Notes: generated by a model not told the origin, from the sequence alone. Shown: positions 23,759-37,499, numbered from the whole stretch's first letter. The stretch is 62,461 nt of DNA, filler included, from Rhabdomonas costata (GCA_019059605.1; 29 parts of 29 records of this genome joined end to end with filler, not necessarily neighbours in it); one strand, 5' to 3'. Program-made: numbers and translations.

Positions 23759-24897
23759 GTGGATTTTCCCAATGTTCGACGACAGACGGGTCAGCATGAG
23801 GTCCGCAAAGCTCAGCCGCCCGTACCGCGAGCCCTGCCGCAGCAGGGTGGTCAGCCAGTAAAACACCACGGTGTGCCTGTTCGACGAGAGCTCCGGGTTG
23901 CGCAACACCCTGACCTCTGGGTGGGTAATCAGCCCGTCTGCGGGCAAATTTGCCAGCGGGGCATCATCATCCCCGGCCTTCTTGAAGGCCCGCTGGGCCT
24001 CGAGAAGCAGCAGCCTTTGGCCCAAGTTGCAGTACCGGACCATCTCTTGGCGGAGGTGGGCCTCGGGGCTGGGGTCAATCTGGGTAGTCTTACCCGTGCC
24101 AGGGGTTCCGATCAGGCTGGCAGCCATCAGGGAGAGCTCCTCCGACCCGCTGAGCATGGCGTTGTACTTCTCCCTCGCGGTCCACCACCGGTTGATCACC
24201 AGGGTCATCGCCATACCCAAAAGGAAAGTCACCAGGTTCTGAAGGTTCGAGGGCTCAGCAACCTTGCGAAGCATCTAAAACCCACAGGACAGCACCCAGG
24301 TATACCCACGTGCAGCCAGCATCACAACGAGGCGAAGAGAAACATACCAACAAAACCAGCATTGGCCTGTCGGTAACTACCGAAACTATCACGGTGATCG
24401 AAAGTAAAATGCGAATCTCCCCGGGGATGAACACAGCAAGGGAGGGGACTCTGCCCCGGAAGAGAACAGAAGGTGAGGCACCTGTGAGGTGTTGTTGTCC
24501 GTGAATCCTACCCAGGCCAGCCAGCCGCACCAAAACACCATCTGAAAGATAAACGTTGGGCTCTCCAGGATGGTCCCCCTCCACCATGGCGTGATCGGGA
24601 TGACAGGAAGGATGCTCAGCAGGTGGGCCTTCCATGGGAGGTACTTGTAAACCCTAAGGGGCTGGAAGTGCAGCAGGGTTCCGGCCCACTTCGCCCAGAG
24701 GCTCCCGCTGCGGAGGAACCTGCTGTCGTCGTCGTTGGCGGCCCGCACTGCAGCAGCGTTGGAGGGCGAGGGAACGGAGTTGACACTGGGAAGGTCCGCG
24801 GCTGAAGGGGCACTGGATGGCTGCCGAATGATGGAAAGGGTGTGCCGCCAGAGGTCTGTGACATAACGCTCCGTGGGAAAGTGGAAGGCACCATTAC
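23759..24897 (-). CDS. Bestrophin-family channel (exons 24482-24897 and 23759-24274), truncated
   Basis: WRGTI, LVTFLLGMAMTLVINRWW, RQEMVRYCNL, GLITHPE, VVFYW and GRL appear in bestrophin order. The intron is in phase. Confidence 0.88.
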
Positions 24898-26957
24898 CTG
24901 CAAAGAAAGTGCCAGGAAGACCCCAAACCAGCGGCGAAAAACAAAAAGTAGATTCAGCCATACGCTTTTGAGCTGTGTGTGGGAATGAGGAGGTGTCGTA
25001 AAGTGCAGCCGTGCAGGACGTGCTATAGTGCACAGTGTTGGTTCAAAGCGGGCTTCTGCAGCCTCAAACCCAACGAAATCCCCCATCTATATACCGCGCC
25101 AAGTGCCTAATTTTAGACTTTTTTGAGCGCAAAAACGAGACTGAAACAATAAAACAAAAAATCCCAGGCCTGCTTCCGCTTAGCCCTCTGACCAACAGAC
25201 CTGCAGATTAAAAAAACAAAAAAAATTCATTTCGTGTGCCACCCGGTATGAACAGGAGGAAACAACAGGTGTCTGTTGGGCGCATTGCGCGCTGGTGTGT
25301 GTATGTGTGTATGCGTGTATGGGGGCAGTGTATCTCCTCGAAGTGAAGTCCTTCAAACGCTGTGACGACAAGCAGTTCGAGCGTACCTTTCATCCATTGT
25401 TCACTCGGCACTCATGGCTACACTTAACTCCAATGAGATCTAATTGAATAAACTCATTAATGAGATTCATTAGATTCATCATTAACTATCAGTATTATTC
25501 ATTATTCATTATTACAAGATCAACACAAGCAAGGAATCACCGGGAAAAATTCTCGCCTTCGGGGCAGTGGTCTCTTCGAAGCATCCCATATCTAACTACT
25601 TTTTAGGGACTTTTTAAGAAAACTTTCCGCGTTCATCACGTAACATGACCCCAGACAAGGGCATTTCTACAGGCGAAAAAATTCGGAAAACCGTCACATA
25701 CCATTTTTTGTGTTTTCCGGTGTAACGTTACCTTGCATGAAATGCTGTGCGACAGCAGCCCAGAGCACGCTTCACAGGCAGGCGTGCCCAGCAAGTTTTT
25801 CCAACCACCACANNNNNNNNNNNNNNNNNNNNNNNNNNNNNNNNNNNNNNNNNNNNTTAATTAATTAANNNNNNNNNNNNNNNNNNNNNNNNNNNNNNNN
25901 NNNNNNNNNNNNTGTTGGTGGGGTAAAGAAATTAAGTGGAGTAGTCAGCCTTCTGGATCGATATTATCTCTGGCCACATAGGAAACCTTTAAAGTTTTCA
26001 AGTGTGCTGGTCTGAAGTCCACGCCTTCAAACACAGATTTGCGGTTCTTGCGGATTTTTGATTTCCAAAACTGGACTGGGGCTCACCTTGGCAAAACTCT
26101 ACTGTATCACTCTGCGAGCGCCTCTGGGGACAACTGTGATACCGCGATCCATAGTGGCTCTTCTGGTTTGGAGCGGTTTTCACTCTCTGTGCTCCTTGTG
26201 TCAATAAGTGTGGTGCTCGTGTCCTTGTCACGTTTCTGGTTTTTTGAATGTGTGCATGTCCACGTGTACGTTTGCTGTACCAATGCAATTTCTGGTGATG
26301 GCTCTTTCTCTTTCACTGCCAGTGGTTTGATGATGTGAGGTGAAAACTGCCGCGAAAGGGAAGCCCAATGTTGGTGTTACTCACAGACTCACAGACTCAA
26401 TTATAGGCTATCTGCTTATAGCGTCGAGATTGGGCTGAAATCCACAGTCAGGACCCAAAATTCTATCCAAAAAAGGCCCTTCCTAAAGTCTGGACCACTG
26501 CTCACTGCTGAAGCACTCAAAAATGGGTGCTTGCATCGGCATGACTTTCTTGATACCACCGGCAGTTACTTGGTTAAAGTCCCACGCCCTTCTCCGCGTT
26601 CCGGGCGGTGCCTGCTGGCAAGCGTGTATATTAGCCTTTGGAGTGTGCCCTTGAGGTATTGAGCTGTAGATAGCTTTCCGTTCTCGGCCCCCCAATTCGT
26701 ACGGCTTGGATGACTTTCTGTGAAGACCTTATCAGGTAACAACCCCAATCTTGAGAAGTCATCAATTCCCCCAATTTTTAAGCTATTTCACACCGACTTT
26801 TGAACCTCTCGGTTTTTGCTCGACGAAACCGATGAATTGACACGCTTCACTTCACGTCCTTCAGCTCTTTTCGCCGTTTTCTGTGATTGTGTGCATCCTT
26901 TTTCTTTGCTTTAGGTGTTGCCTACTTGCCCGTCTTTAGGTACCTCTACACCACCCC

Positions 26958-27947
26958 ATGTCGCATCGTGTGTTTGTGTACGGCACGCTGATGTTTGATG
27001 GGGTGCTACAGCGGCTGCTGGGGCGCGTCCCGGAGTCCATCAGACCCGCCACGCTACGGGGTTGAGCCTTGCCACCCGCCCCTTCCGGTGGGCTTCGTTT
27101 ACCTTCCTTTCTCTTCTGATAGCCATAGGAAGGGATATGTATATGGCGTACCTGCACTAGCTCGGCGCACAGAGGAATACGAAGGATCACCGTAGTCCAC
27201 ACTTCTTGATGCACTGTAACAGTTAGTTAGAGTAAAAATGGCTGTAAAGTGGAGGTAAGCATCGCTCCCTAACCCTATGAAACTTGCTGGGGGGGCTCCG
27301 CCCATACCTTCATCAAAAATATGCCGGGCTAGTGCAGGAGCGCCATATATATTACACCCCCCTCTCCCGTCACTATTCAACTTTTGAATGGTGGCACTAC
27401 TCAGTGCCTGGGTGGTGGGAACATAGGAACAGCTCCAGGTTCCACATTGTTGGCTCTGATGGCTCCCTTCCGGTCGTCGTCCGTTGAGCACTGGAATGGT
27501 TCTTCGCTCTGTCCTGTGTTGTTCTTCTCGAGCTTGCCAGCTGCGTCGGTTTGGGTCAGAAGTGCGCATGAAACTGCATCTGTCCGTGGTCGTTACGATG
27601 TAAGTCATCTCCTATTTAGATGTCAGTGCTGCCCCTGCGTAGAAGGAAGCCGCGCTTCCTCCAGCCATCAGCCATCGGTTTATCGGCACGTCATCTATTC
27701 ACCCCCCTCCCCCCCGAGGGAGAATTAGATCCTCATTCCTGTCCCTTTCGAATGGAAGGGTTTCTTATTGGCGTTGGTCCACCCCAAAGGGTTTCGGAGG
27801 CATCGGCTGCGGGGCTTGACATACCCCGGGGTGCTTGCAGACCCCTCCGGGGTAGTGGAGGGGCGTCTTCTCGTCGCCTTGACCGATGGGGAGCTGGGCC
27901 TCCTGGACACCTTCGAGGGCTCGGGGTACGACCGGCTCTCCGTGCAG
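26958..27947 (+). CDS. AIG2-like gamma-glutamylcyclotransferase (exons 26958-27060 and 27790-27947)
   Basis: MSHRVFVYGTLM...LLGRVP...ATLRG|FRRHRLRGLTYPGV...VEGRLL..LTDGELGLLDTFEGSGYDR carries the GGCT FVYGTL and LD.FEG..Y motifs. Confidence 0.92.
27139..27350. mobile_element. MITE-like insertion in the GGCT intron
   Basis: Imperfect terminal inverted repeats of about 27 bp (tatatggcgtacctgcactagctcggc / gccgggctagtgcaggagcgccatata), with TA at both outer ends. Confidence 0.7.
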
Positions 27948-28070
27948 GTGCGCTTCGGATGGCAGGACCGNNNNNNNNNNNNNNNNNNNNNNNNNNNNNN
28001 NNNNNNNNNNNNNNTTAATTAATTAANNNNNNNNNNNNNNNNNNNNNNNNNNNNNNNNNNNNNNNNNNNN

Positions 28071-28933
28071 GGGGTTGGGGGGAAGATTCTGAAGGATGAG
28101 GGGCCAGCTGGCCTGTACACGGGTGCGTGTGTCGTGCTTATGTTTGCGGATGTTTGCTCTCGTATATGCCCTTTGTCTGCGGATTTCTGATGGGGTTCAG
28201 CTCTATGTGGCTTGTTGGCCCACAGGAGGAGCCTTCACCCCGTGTATTGCCAGGTTAAACAGGTTTCGGGTATTGAGTACTTTTTGAGAAGGAAAAGCCC
28301 AAAGACTGTGACCCAATTGGAAAAGAGCCGACTGCAGTTTTGCTCATGGGAAGATTTCATTTTCGGTTCGCTTTTTCAACCCAAATGCACAAATTAATAC
28401 GCCCCCCTACCCCGCCCGCCCTTAGCAAAGCAGGGCCGGGTTGCCCCACTGTTTTTCCCACAAATGCCCCAAAGCAGTTCGGCACCTGCTTTCTTTTTGC
28501 CCTAGAACGAAGCGATCGTGAATTTTCTGTTGGACGTGAAGTGACGTGGACAGCACTGTGATGCACACGTGAAGAAGTGTTAGCGTTTGACAAGAGACCC
28601 GTGATCTTCTGGAAGTGTATTTTTGATGGAGCCGAGTCCTTTTTGACTTTTTTCTTGTTCACAAGCACAGCCCTCAAATCCGGGAACTCTCATCTAATAA
28701 CAAAAAAGGTGTGATACCCTTTCTGGCGAAGGACGTGCTTACCACCGCTCTGCAGTTCTCGTGCAAGGCCGCGCTTGGGGAGCTGTACGACTTCTGCCTG
28801 ACCTCCACCGGCTCATCAAAGGGGCCCTCTATAAGGGGAGTCGGGGTGGAGGTGGCCCTTGGGATGGCGGGGTGTGCCGTGGCCAATCTAGCGGTGCTCC
28901 CCGTGGACACATTTGTGGTCCATGTGCAGACCG
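28071..28933 (+). CDS. Divergent mitochondrial carrier (SLC25-like), exons 28071-28122 and 28709-28933
   Basis: KILKDEGPAGLYTG|VIPFLAKDV..ALQF matches the carrier EGxxGLYxG motif. LPVDTFVVHVQT is a degenerate PxDxxKxRxQ. Confidence 0.75.
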
Positions 28934-30582
28934 GTGTGCATCTGTTTCCGCCAAAGGCTTTTGGGGGAAAGCTCGCTTTGTCCGTTCGTGTTGGAGTTCT
29001 TCGGTGAGGGTCAATCGAGAAGTGCAAGTTTAGTTAGCCGTTCAACAGGCAGCGTTGAGGGGTTGATCGCAATGAAAGTAATGAAGATCTAGTTCTAGGA
29101 AAAGGGAACCTGATTCACACTTCGGCCTACCCCCACGGATTTCGTTCTGAGGAATTTCCTCTGTGGCCTGATGGAGCCATGTGGTTAACGACGGCGGATG
29201 CTTGGGCATATTGAAGAAAGGAAAACACACAATTCGAAGCTAGCCTGTGCGGAGCCACCTGAGCGAACCTCGCAAGTGCACTTATTGGCGAGGTTTCGGC
29301 CTTCCACGTGCACAGCCACCTCCACGGCCACCAGAGCAGCGATAACAAAACAGGCGAACAGCACATGACCCATTTTAAAGACCATCTGAAGGGCACCCCG
29401 CGAGAAAGGCAAGCTAGAGGAGACCCTCCCCGCCCAATCCACTTCCTCCACGCTCACCCTCACTTCTTTGCTGCAAATAGGCCCGCCAGGGTCTCTGTTC
29501 TGCTTCAGTTGTCCTCCATGTGAACCTTCGCTGTCATTGCCTTTCGTGATTGTCAATCTCTCTAAAAAATGATACCTCAGTGGAAGGAAACCAAAATTGG
29601 AATTGGAATCAGTCCCCGTCACATTAGGTTCCGCAGCAGCCCAAGTCCCCGCACATCACTGCTAAAAAACCAAAGTCCAAAACCGCGTCCACTGCCGGGT
29701 TTTCGCATCGGCAGCCAACGTCAGAGAACAGCATGCATTTGAGCACAGAGCAAGGGCCAAACCCTCGCAACAAAACGGCGGGAATCACCAGACAACACTG
29801 CGGAACGAGGAGAAACGGGGTGGGAGATCCTCAGTGCACCAGATCCCACCTTTCGCTGACCGAAAGCCATGTGGAGCGGAGGAATTCAGTGTGTGCGCGT
29901 GCTCCCAACCCATATCTCCCACAACTCCCTCAGGTGGGGAGAGAAGGATCAGTCCATGGTTGGGCGACACAAAAAGAATTCCACCCTTGCTTTCACAGCC
30001 GGGCAGGAACGGAAAAGAGTATCTGGAGGCGGCTAAAGCAACCGAAACATTGCTGCGGTGCGCTCCGTGACTGGAGCGATTTGTTCCCCTGCTTTTCAGA
30101 CGTTGCTGAGGAGGCAAAAACNNNNNNNNNNNNNNNNNNNNNNNNNNNNNNNNNNNNNNNNNNNNTTAATTAATTAANNNNNNNNNNNNNNNNNNNNNNN
30201 NNNNNNNNNNNNNNNNNNNNNCTTTCCTTCCCTTCCCTTCTCACACTTTGCAGTTGTTCCAAGTTTCGAAGGAAACATGTTATATGCAATAAAAATAGTT
30301 CAAAGGTTCCCAACATTCGCTTTTCGAAACGAGTCAGGGCAGGAGCGCACAGAGGTCCGGGCAAGAGATAATGTAATGATTTACACTGGCAAGGAAGGAA
30401 AAGGACTTGGTAGAGAAAGCGTGGAGGTCAAGCGATCATAGAGGGAAAATGTTCCCGAGAGAGTTCGTCATTTTTTGGCCGGCGGTAACCTGGTACACCG
30501 CTCCATGTTTCACTGCACTACCAAGGGCTGCAGCGGTATGGTGTGTGTATGTGTGTGTTGGGGGGGGGGTGCGCTGACACGC

Positions 30583-31954
30583 CTCCTGAAGGCTCACCAG
30601 AGATGACAAAGTGGCCAAGTTCATCGTTCCCATTGGGTCCAGAGTTCCCTCCTTGGGAAGCAAGCACACAAAAACGTAAAAATGAAAAGCACGGTCATCA
30701 AATCATAGCACATTACACAGTAAATTCAGAACGCGTTCTTTTCAGCCTCAGTAACATGAAAACGTTTCAAAAGTGTCGTATGGACCCATACCCACGCCGG
30801 AGTGCGTAAGGAACCCTACAAAGGCATTTTACAGCAGATAAGTACATAGCGTGGTAGTCACCGCAGACACGCGCCGTGAAACCATGTTTGCGCCTTATAA
30901 TGTTCTGGACGCCATGTTTACCAAGGTGCTCTATAGCGCGGTCAAAAAAGTCCAAATATACTTCATCTTAGCGACATTTTATAGCGTTCCCAGGACTTCA
31001 ATTGAAAACTCGTAACATACTAAATTCTGAGTTTCGGTAACTTACCTTTGTTCGTTAGAAAGTCGTTAACCGCCAATATTCCCAAATTATATGTGGCATA
31101 TGCTAGAAATCACGTACCTTTGAATGAAGTGAAGACAGGTTAAACGATTGTAGAGCACGTCGGGCGGTGAAGTGTTTCGGAAATTCTTACAATTTAAAAT
31201 TCAGAAAGGAATACAAAAAATTGTCATCGCATCGCATAGCTATCTGTATCATCCCAATACAATATTTTGCTGATCTGAACGAAGTCGCATCACCCGCCCA
31301 CCTCACGGTTCGCTTAGATGAGTCCGCTGTCGCGCTGTCAGCTCTTTTATGAATACCTTCAGGGCAGTCTCATCGATCAGCACGTTGGTTCCAGAGGTAA
31401 GTTGGAGCATGGCAGTCTGAAGCAGCTCCTCGCCCATCCGCTTGTGAGGGGTCAGGGGTTCTCGCTGCAGCAGATCACGGTCCAGAGGCACGAGCAAATG
31501 CCGCTCTAAAAGAATTTCCTGTGTCGAGAAAAGATAGGAAGAACCTTTTCTCGGTCCGTTTTGACGGAGTAGAGTCCAAAATACCTTCCCCCACAACGTG
31601 CTCCCTCATTCTCACCCATTAAGCACACAACTGCACCAAACTGTCGCGTCACATGAATCTCTGTTGCCATGTCAAAATTAATTCTTCAATGCACTATTGC
31701 CAGTCGATAAAGCGGTCATCGCAGCTCACATACGTATGCGCTGGAAACGGCTGAAGCGGCGCCCACGGCAGAGGGGCCCACAAAGTTCACGGGCAGGTCC
31801 CCAAGCAGTAAGCTTCCGTTCCGTTCGTAAATACCAGACAACATGTGCAAAACCAAGTAAGCCCCGGCCAAGGAGTCTCCGCCAAGAGCAGCGCCCAAGA
31901 AACTGGTCAACTCACGGAACACGAGCGGGAAGTCTTCCAATGGAATGAGTTCCG
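30583..31954 (-). CDS. MCMBP: Mini-chromosome maintenance complex-binding protein, internal exons (~31734-31954, 31357-31518, ~30583-30651)
   Basis: LGGDSLAGAYLVLHMLSGIYER, LTPHK...LQTAMLQLTSGTNVLIDETALK|EGTLDPMGTMNLATL match MCM-BP motifs. Confidence 0.88.
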
Positions 31955-32378
31955 CTCGGTCGTACAGAGACAAGCAAGGCTGACAGTGGATTACGTGGAC
32001 ATGACTGGCCAAAAACCCTGTGCAAAAGAAACGACCTTTGGAAAAGTTCCCAGATTGTGCAACTTTCCGTGATGGACCCATGTCTTGACAGGTGTCGACT
32101 AAAGAAGAAGAAATTTGGTGAGCTTCGCAAACAACCGGCGGGTGTAAACCCTACCGCATTTTGCGGGTTGCCTTTCATTTGTCTCACGGGAACGCAGTTT
32201 TCTTCTGTCCTCTTGTTTGGTCCTCAATCCAGCAGTGGTTAAATTGAAAAAAGAAAGTCAACACATGTCAACAAAAACNNNNNNNNNNNNNNNNNNNNNN
32301 NNNNNNNNNNNNNNNNNNNNNNTTAATTAATTAANNNNNNNNNNNNNNNNNNNNNNNNNNNNNNNNNNNNNNNNNNNN

Positions 32379-34330
32379 GTGTTGGGTGTTGGGTGTTGGT
32401 GGAAATCACACGGAAGAACAGACGCACAGGCCATTTTTCACAGTTTCCGCCTTGCTGGGCAAATGGCCTGTGCGTCTGTTCTTCCGTGTGATTTCCACCA
32501 CATTTCCATTAGTCTTGTGCTACGCCTACACAAACCTTGGGTGGATCGTAGAAAGCGCCAAGTTCAGACAATATCCACGCGTATGACGTATTACAAATGA
32601 CTGGAAGTCTAATCAAATCCCAGGCAGAGGTGCTGCATCACAAGGAAACAGCGGAGCAGAAGCCCACACGAGTCGAAGTTGCTTCCTTACCATTGACATC
32701 AGGTGAAGATTCATACAGAGGGAAGGCATACCAAGGCAAAACAGACAATGCAGATGCCCACTCGCCGATTTGGCAAATTCCTCACTACCACAAGAGATTT
32801 TTTGCCACCTCTCCAGATGATGCCGAGTAACTCTTCTATCGAAATTGCCAGCATATTTCTAGCGTAGCAGATCCAAAGTTAAATCCAAGAGAAGACGAAA
32901 GCTGTACCACACCGATAGTTGATATGCTTGACTTCAAAAACCACGACTAAATCTGTGGTCCTCAGCGATGCAAGGCAGACGTGCCTAAGGATGTCATTGA
33001 ACTCATTCAAACGTTTGCTCATATCTTTACATACAAGATGCCACCAGGTCTTTACCACTCCCGGGCTAATGATAACAAAATAGACATTGTGAATGAAGCC
33101 AAAAGTTCCGGCTCAACGACTATACCACATGTCCCACTTGAAGACCAGGAGTTGTAAAAGTAAATGAAGGAACTAACTGATCTTAGATTATTGAACGCAC
33201 CGTGTCTCCTTACCTAGCAGTCATTCTTTTGCACCCTAAGCCAACTGAAAAGTTTGTGTTGGCTACCAATCTTTGAACGCAATCACTACATTAGACGCGT
33301 ACCACTTCAGATGACTGATGAAATTATTGACCAGGTGATGAAAGCTTGCTACTTTACCAAGATTGATCTCCACTATGGTTTTCACCAAATCCTCGTGTAA
33401 CCAAAGCATGTACATGTCCCTTAAGACTAAGTATGGCACGCTTCACTACCAGTTCATGCCATTTTGGTTGTGTAACGACCCATGTAAATTCTAAATAACT
33501 ATGGACTTTGTCATTTACGATCTCCGTGCCTTACATTGACTATGTGCTAATCTTCACTAAAGCACGTGATGAACATCTGCACGCCATCAGACAAGTGTAC
33601 GAACGACTTGAAAAGAACCATATCTTTGCCAACCATGAGAGCTTCTCTTTCTGTCAACATGACGTTTATTACCGCGGTTTCATCGTGGTACACGAAGGTG
33701 TCCAGAAAACTGGCAGCAGTAAACATTTTTCCAACCACTCGTAACCAGGCTGATGTAGAAAGCTTAGGAGTTTGTGGTTTCTACCAAATTTCTATCCCCA
33801 ACTAAGCTACCGTTGCAGCGCCATTAACGGATATAATGAAGAATCAAAAAGATTGCCAGTGTGGTTGGAAAGAAACCAAAGCTTTCGAGAAGCTCAAACT
33901 CCGACTCATCAAACACCACGTTATGGTTGTTCCAGATTGATTTGTCCAAGCCACTTATTCTCCACACTGACGCTTCAGAAAAACACTATCACAACACGAC
34001 GACAAAGGAAACATACGGCTTGTTTCTTGCCTATCTCTGTAACTTCCCCTCAGAAAAGAACTACACGGTTCATAAAAAAGAAATGCTAGTATTGGTGGTT
34101 TCTCTAGTAGCACGTCTTTACTACCCACTGGGTGCCAAAGTGCACGTCTACAACAACAACTACGCACTAAGGTACGTGCAGAAAAGCCCCACTCCATGCA
34201 TTTATACAAATCAGATGGTCAGAAAAACTACACTCGTTTTCGATCAAGATCACCCACATGCCTTGGAGAGTTAACTCAGCCGCTGATTAGATGTTTCAGG
34301 AACCGATTAATGATTCAGTGATATTCAGTG
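32379..34330 (+). mobile_element. Degenerate Ty3/gypsy LTR-retrotransposon pol (RT and RNase H), with many stops and frameshifts
   Basis: FTKIDLHYGFHQI, KTKYG..HYQFMPF, YIDYVLIF (from YxDD), EHLHAIRQV, LGVCGFY, ILHTDAS and EKNYTVHKKEML. Confidence 0.93.
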
Positions 34331-34623
34331 TTCTGATTGCATAATACACTAAAAAGCCAACTCCAGTCTACTTTTGCGGTCCTGTCTGCGCGCCCATACA
34401 GATGCAAACATGCAGAATACTGGATCAACAAACACNNNNNNNNNNNNNNNNNNNNNNNNNNNNNNNNNNNNNNNNNNNNTTAATTAATTAANNNNNNNNN
34501 NNNNNNNNNNNNNNNNNNNNNNNNNNNNNNNNNNNGTTTTTGTGGTCCCTTTTGATTCACACACCGAAAGCAACAGGGACCACAAACGAAGCAACGAGAC
34601 TCCGACTAAAGAGGCAGTCAGAC

Positions 34624-35565
34624 CAGACTCCGGCAGGCCTCGTCGGGGAGGTTGTTGCCGCTCACCGTGAAGGAAGTGAGTTGGGGCTGGAGTGCAGGGC
34701 CAGTGCCAGCGCCACTGCGGCGCCCGTGTCCATCCCGACCCGGTCGAGGTTCAGCGAGGTCAAGGAGTGGGTCTCCTTCAGCGACGCCGCCAGAGTAGTC
34801 ACCCCTTCCGAGCCTAAGAGGCGCCACAAAGCGGTCGGGCGTTTTCCACTGCAAGAGTGCCTCAGTTGATCATCCAGAGTCGTCAGGATTCTTTGCGGCA
34901 TCTAATACAGAGAAGGCAGTTGACACAACTGCTAAAAGTGCTCTTCGGGTATACCGTAGGTTGGTATAGGTCCTTGCTTTCTCAGAAGTTTTCACACAGC
35001 CCCCGAGCTTCCCGCGGATCTATGCATCTCTGCGTGAACGTCCCCGAGTCCTTTCTCCGCAATGAGGACGCGGTGGACTATGCCACCCGGTAGTACTGCC
35101 GTCTTGTCGGTCAAGCTGTATGACGATAGCACGTCCCCCAAAACATCCTGAAGTGATCTTGGGTATGGAGAAGTGGGAGCAAATGCATATCCGTGACTCC
35201 CCAGGATTGAGTTTCCCAACTATACAACAAGGACTCTAAACTATCACCTTTGACGAGATCACTGTATTCGACTTCTCGGGGTTTGCACTCAGCTTATGAG
35301 TGTCGCCTCCAGCTTCTTGTTCTTTGCTTTTGCTCTATCCTAACCGAGATATCTGCTTATTTTTTTCCACGCCGAGAAAACCAACATTTAGGTGGAGAGA
35401 GGGGGGGTGCTGACCGATTTGGTTGCAGTCGATCTGCAGAGTCTCCAGGAAAGGGCACGTCTGAAGAAGACCGCAAATGGCATCCATCGACTTCGCGGTT
35501 AGACCTGAAAGATACCAAGCCCGCACAGCTTCGCTGGCAGCCACAAACCATACTTGACCCCCCCT

Positions 35566-35596
<31 letters not shown>

Positions 35597-36524
35597 CGAA
35601 ACCATCCATGCACGTTCGCACAACCTCTTGCGACCCAATGACCCAGTGCAAGGCCAGCAGGAAGGGTTGAAATCTTCTTCTCACTTTGGGGTTTGTGAGT
35701 GTCAGGCATAACCGGGCGAAATCCAGTCAGAGAAAAAAGCACGGTAAATACCAACGTTTGAAAGGTCGAGGTACCGCAGGTTGGCCTGCTCCGCCAGGGC
35801 GCCCAAAATGGCCTTTGTCCCGTCATCCTCGAGCAGGTTGTCAGAGAGATTGATTGTCCTGAAGCACACCACCGCCATCGAGATGAAAACCCTCACCTCA
35901 ACGGGTGCCCATGACTCACAAACGGCTTGCGACTGGTGTAGCGCTGTACGTGGTATTCATGTGCGGGAGCTGAGCCGGCGGTTCTGAGCGGTGGAGCATT
36001 ATGGTGGCGGGTGTGAGCACCAGTTCAGGTTTGCACAACTCACCACCGCTGAAGCGGAAGAACGCTTATGGAGCCATCGCGTGAGGTGGGTGTGGCAATT
36101 GACCTTGCCGCCTCAGTCCCTGCAACTACAGGCAGCTGCAATCCCACCGCAAAAAAAAGGCCTTTCCCCATAAAACGGAGCGGTGTTCACGTAATCATTC
36201 GTAATCATGACGTCCCCGGTTATTGAGAGATAAAGAGATCGAAGTGAGATCATTGCCGAACCTCAGGTTAATCCGAAAGAGGCGCTCTCCAAACTCCACG
36301 GCATGGCTGGCGTTGATCAGGTTGCTCTGCAGGTTGAGCTCCATCAAAGTGCGGTTCTGCGCCAGCGCCGGGCCGAAGTCCAGCAGCGCCGAGCCCACCA
36401 TGTTGTGAGAGAGGCTGAGGGTCTGCAGGGAGGTGTTGCTTCCTAGCATCCGGGCAAAGGCCCGGGCGCCGGCCACATTAATCTCGTTGCGGGACAGAGA
36501 GAGGTGCTGAAGGGTAGAGTTCAC
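34624..36524 (-). CDS. RNI-like leucine-rich-repeat protein (exons 36262-36524, 35752-35858, 35415-35504, 34624-34813)
   Basis: Roughly 28-aa repeats LxxLxLxxNxI/L with in-phase junctions. One apparent 1-nt frameshift at ~34683. Confidence 0.88.
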
Positions 36525-37499
36525 CTGCGGGACAGGATCAAGGACTAGAGACACCGCAAGGGTACTGACAATGGATCGGAAAAATAAAACACNNNNNNNN
36601 NNNNNNNNNNNNNNNNNNNNNNNNNNNNNNNNNNNNTTAATTAATTAANNNNNNNNNNNNNNNNNNNNNNNNNNNNNNNNNNNNNNNNNNNNGGGTTTTT
36701 GTAATTTTTCCATGCATTCGACGCTTCATCTGCAGGACAGTACAGAATCAAGCATCGAATGCATGGAAAAATTACATGGAACCGCACAATCACAGCTTCA
36801 CACTCGAGGTGCGTTCAGAGTCCTCAGCACCAAAGAACAGTGGTGGGTGGAAGAAGCGGGAATAATTTGGAAGAGGGAAGAGCAGTGGACGAATGGGAGT
36901 GGGAGTGCACTATTGAGTGGTGTGGAATCGACAGGACAACGAAAGAAGCGAGTAGGGAGAATGGGAACATGTGTGTGCGCGCGCTCGCTAGCCTCAGTTG
37001 ACGGTCTTGTCAGTCAGCCCGTTGGCTCCCGCACCCTCCTCATATATAGTATATTACTCTCCTGCTCGGGAGGAATATTATTAATAGGAAAGGCGACCAC
37101 GCAAGGAAGAAAAGACGACCCACCACAAAATCCGGACTCTCAGGGGAGGGGGGGTCAGGAAGGCCTGCCTACACCAAATACGGACATTCACGGGGAGGGG
37201 TGGAGGAGTAAGGAGACGCTGTTTCGTGCGCACAAGAAACAACCAGGCATGGGCATCAGCACCTTGCCACGAAATGCAACGTTTAAACCTCCTATTCATA
37301 TTTTCTCATTGCACGTCGAAGCGTGGGAGCCGAACACTTAGTAGAACTTTCCTGCCTACCGATTCAGCTGAGTGGTCCACGGAAACTGTAAGGGAGCTGA
37401 CAGAAGCCCCCACCTCAAAGCGGTGACAGTATCTACGACAGTTCAAACCACCAAGTTTGTCCTTGAGCCCCATCCCTCCTCCAAGGCAAAACATTGGGG

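Noticed and set aside
35900-36090. Extra LRR exon with internal stops suggesting codon reassignment
   Set aside because: The flanking exons splice directly in frame into a clean LRR, so this stretch is intronic. Genes elsewhere in the window end in ordinary TAG or TGA stops.
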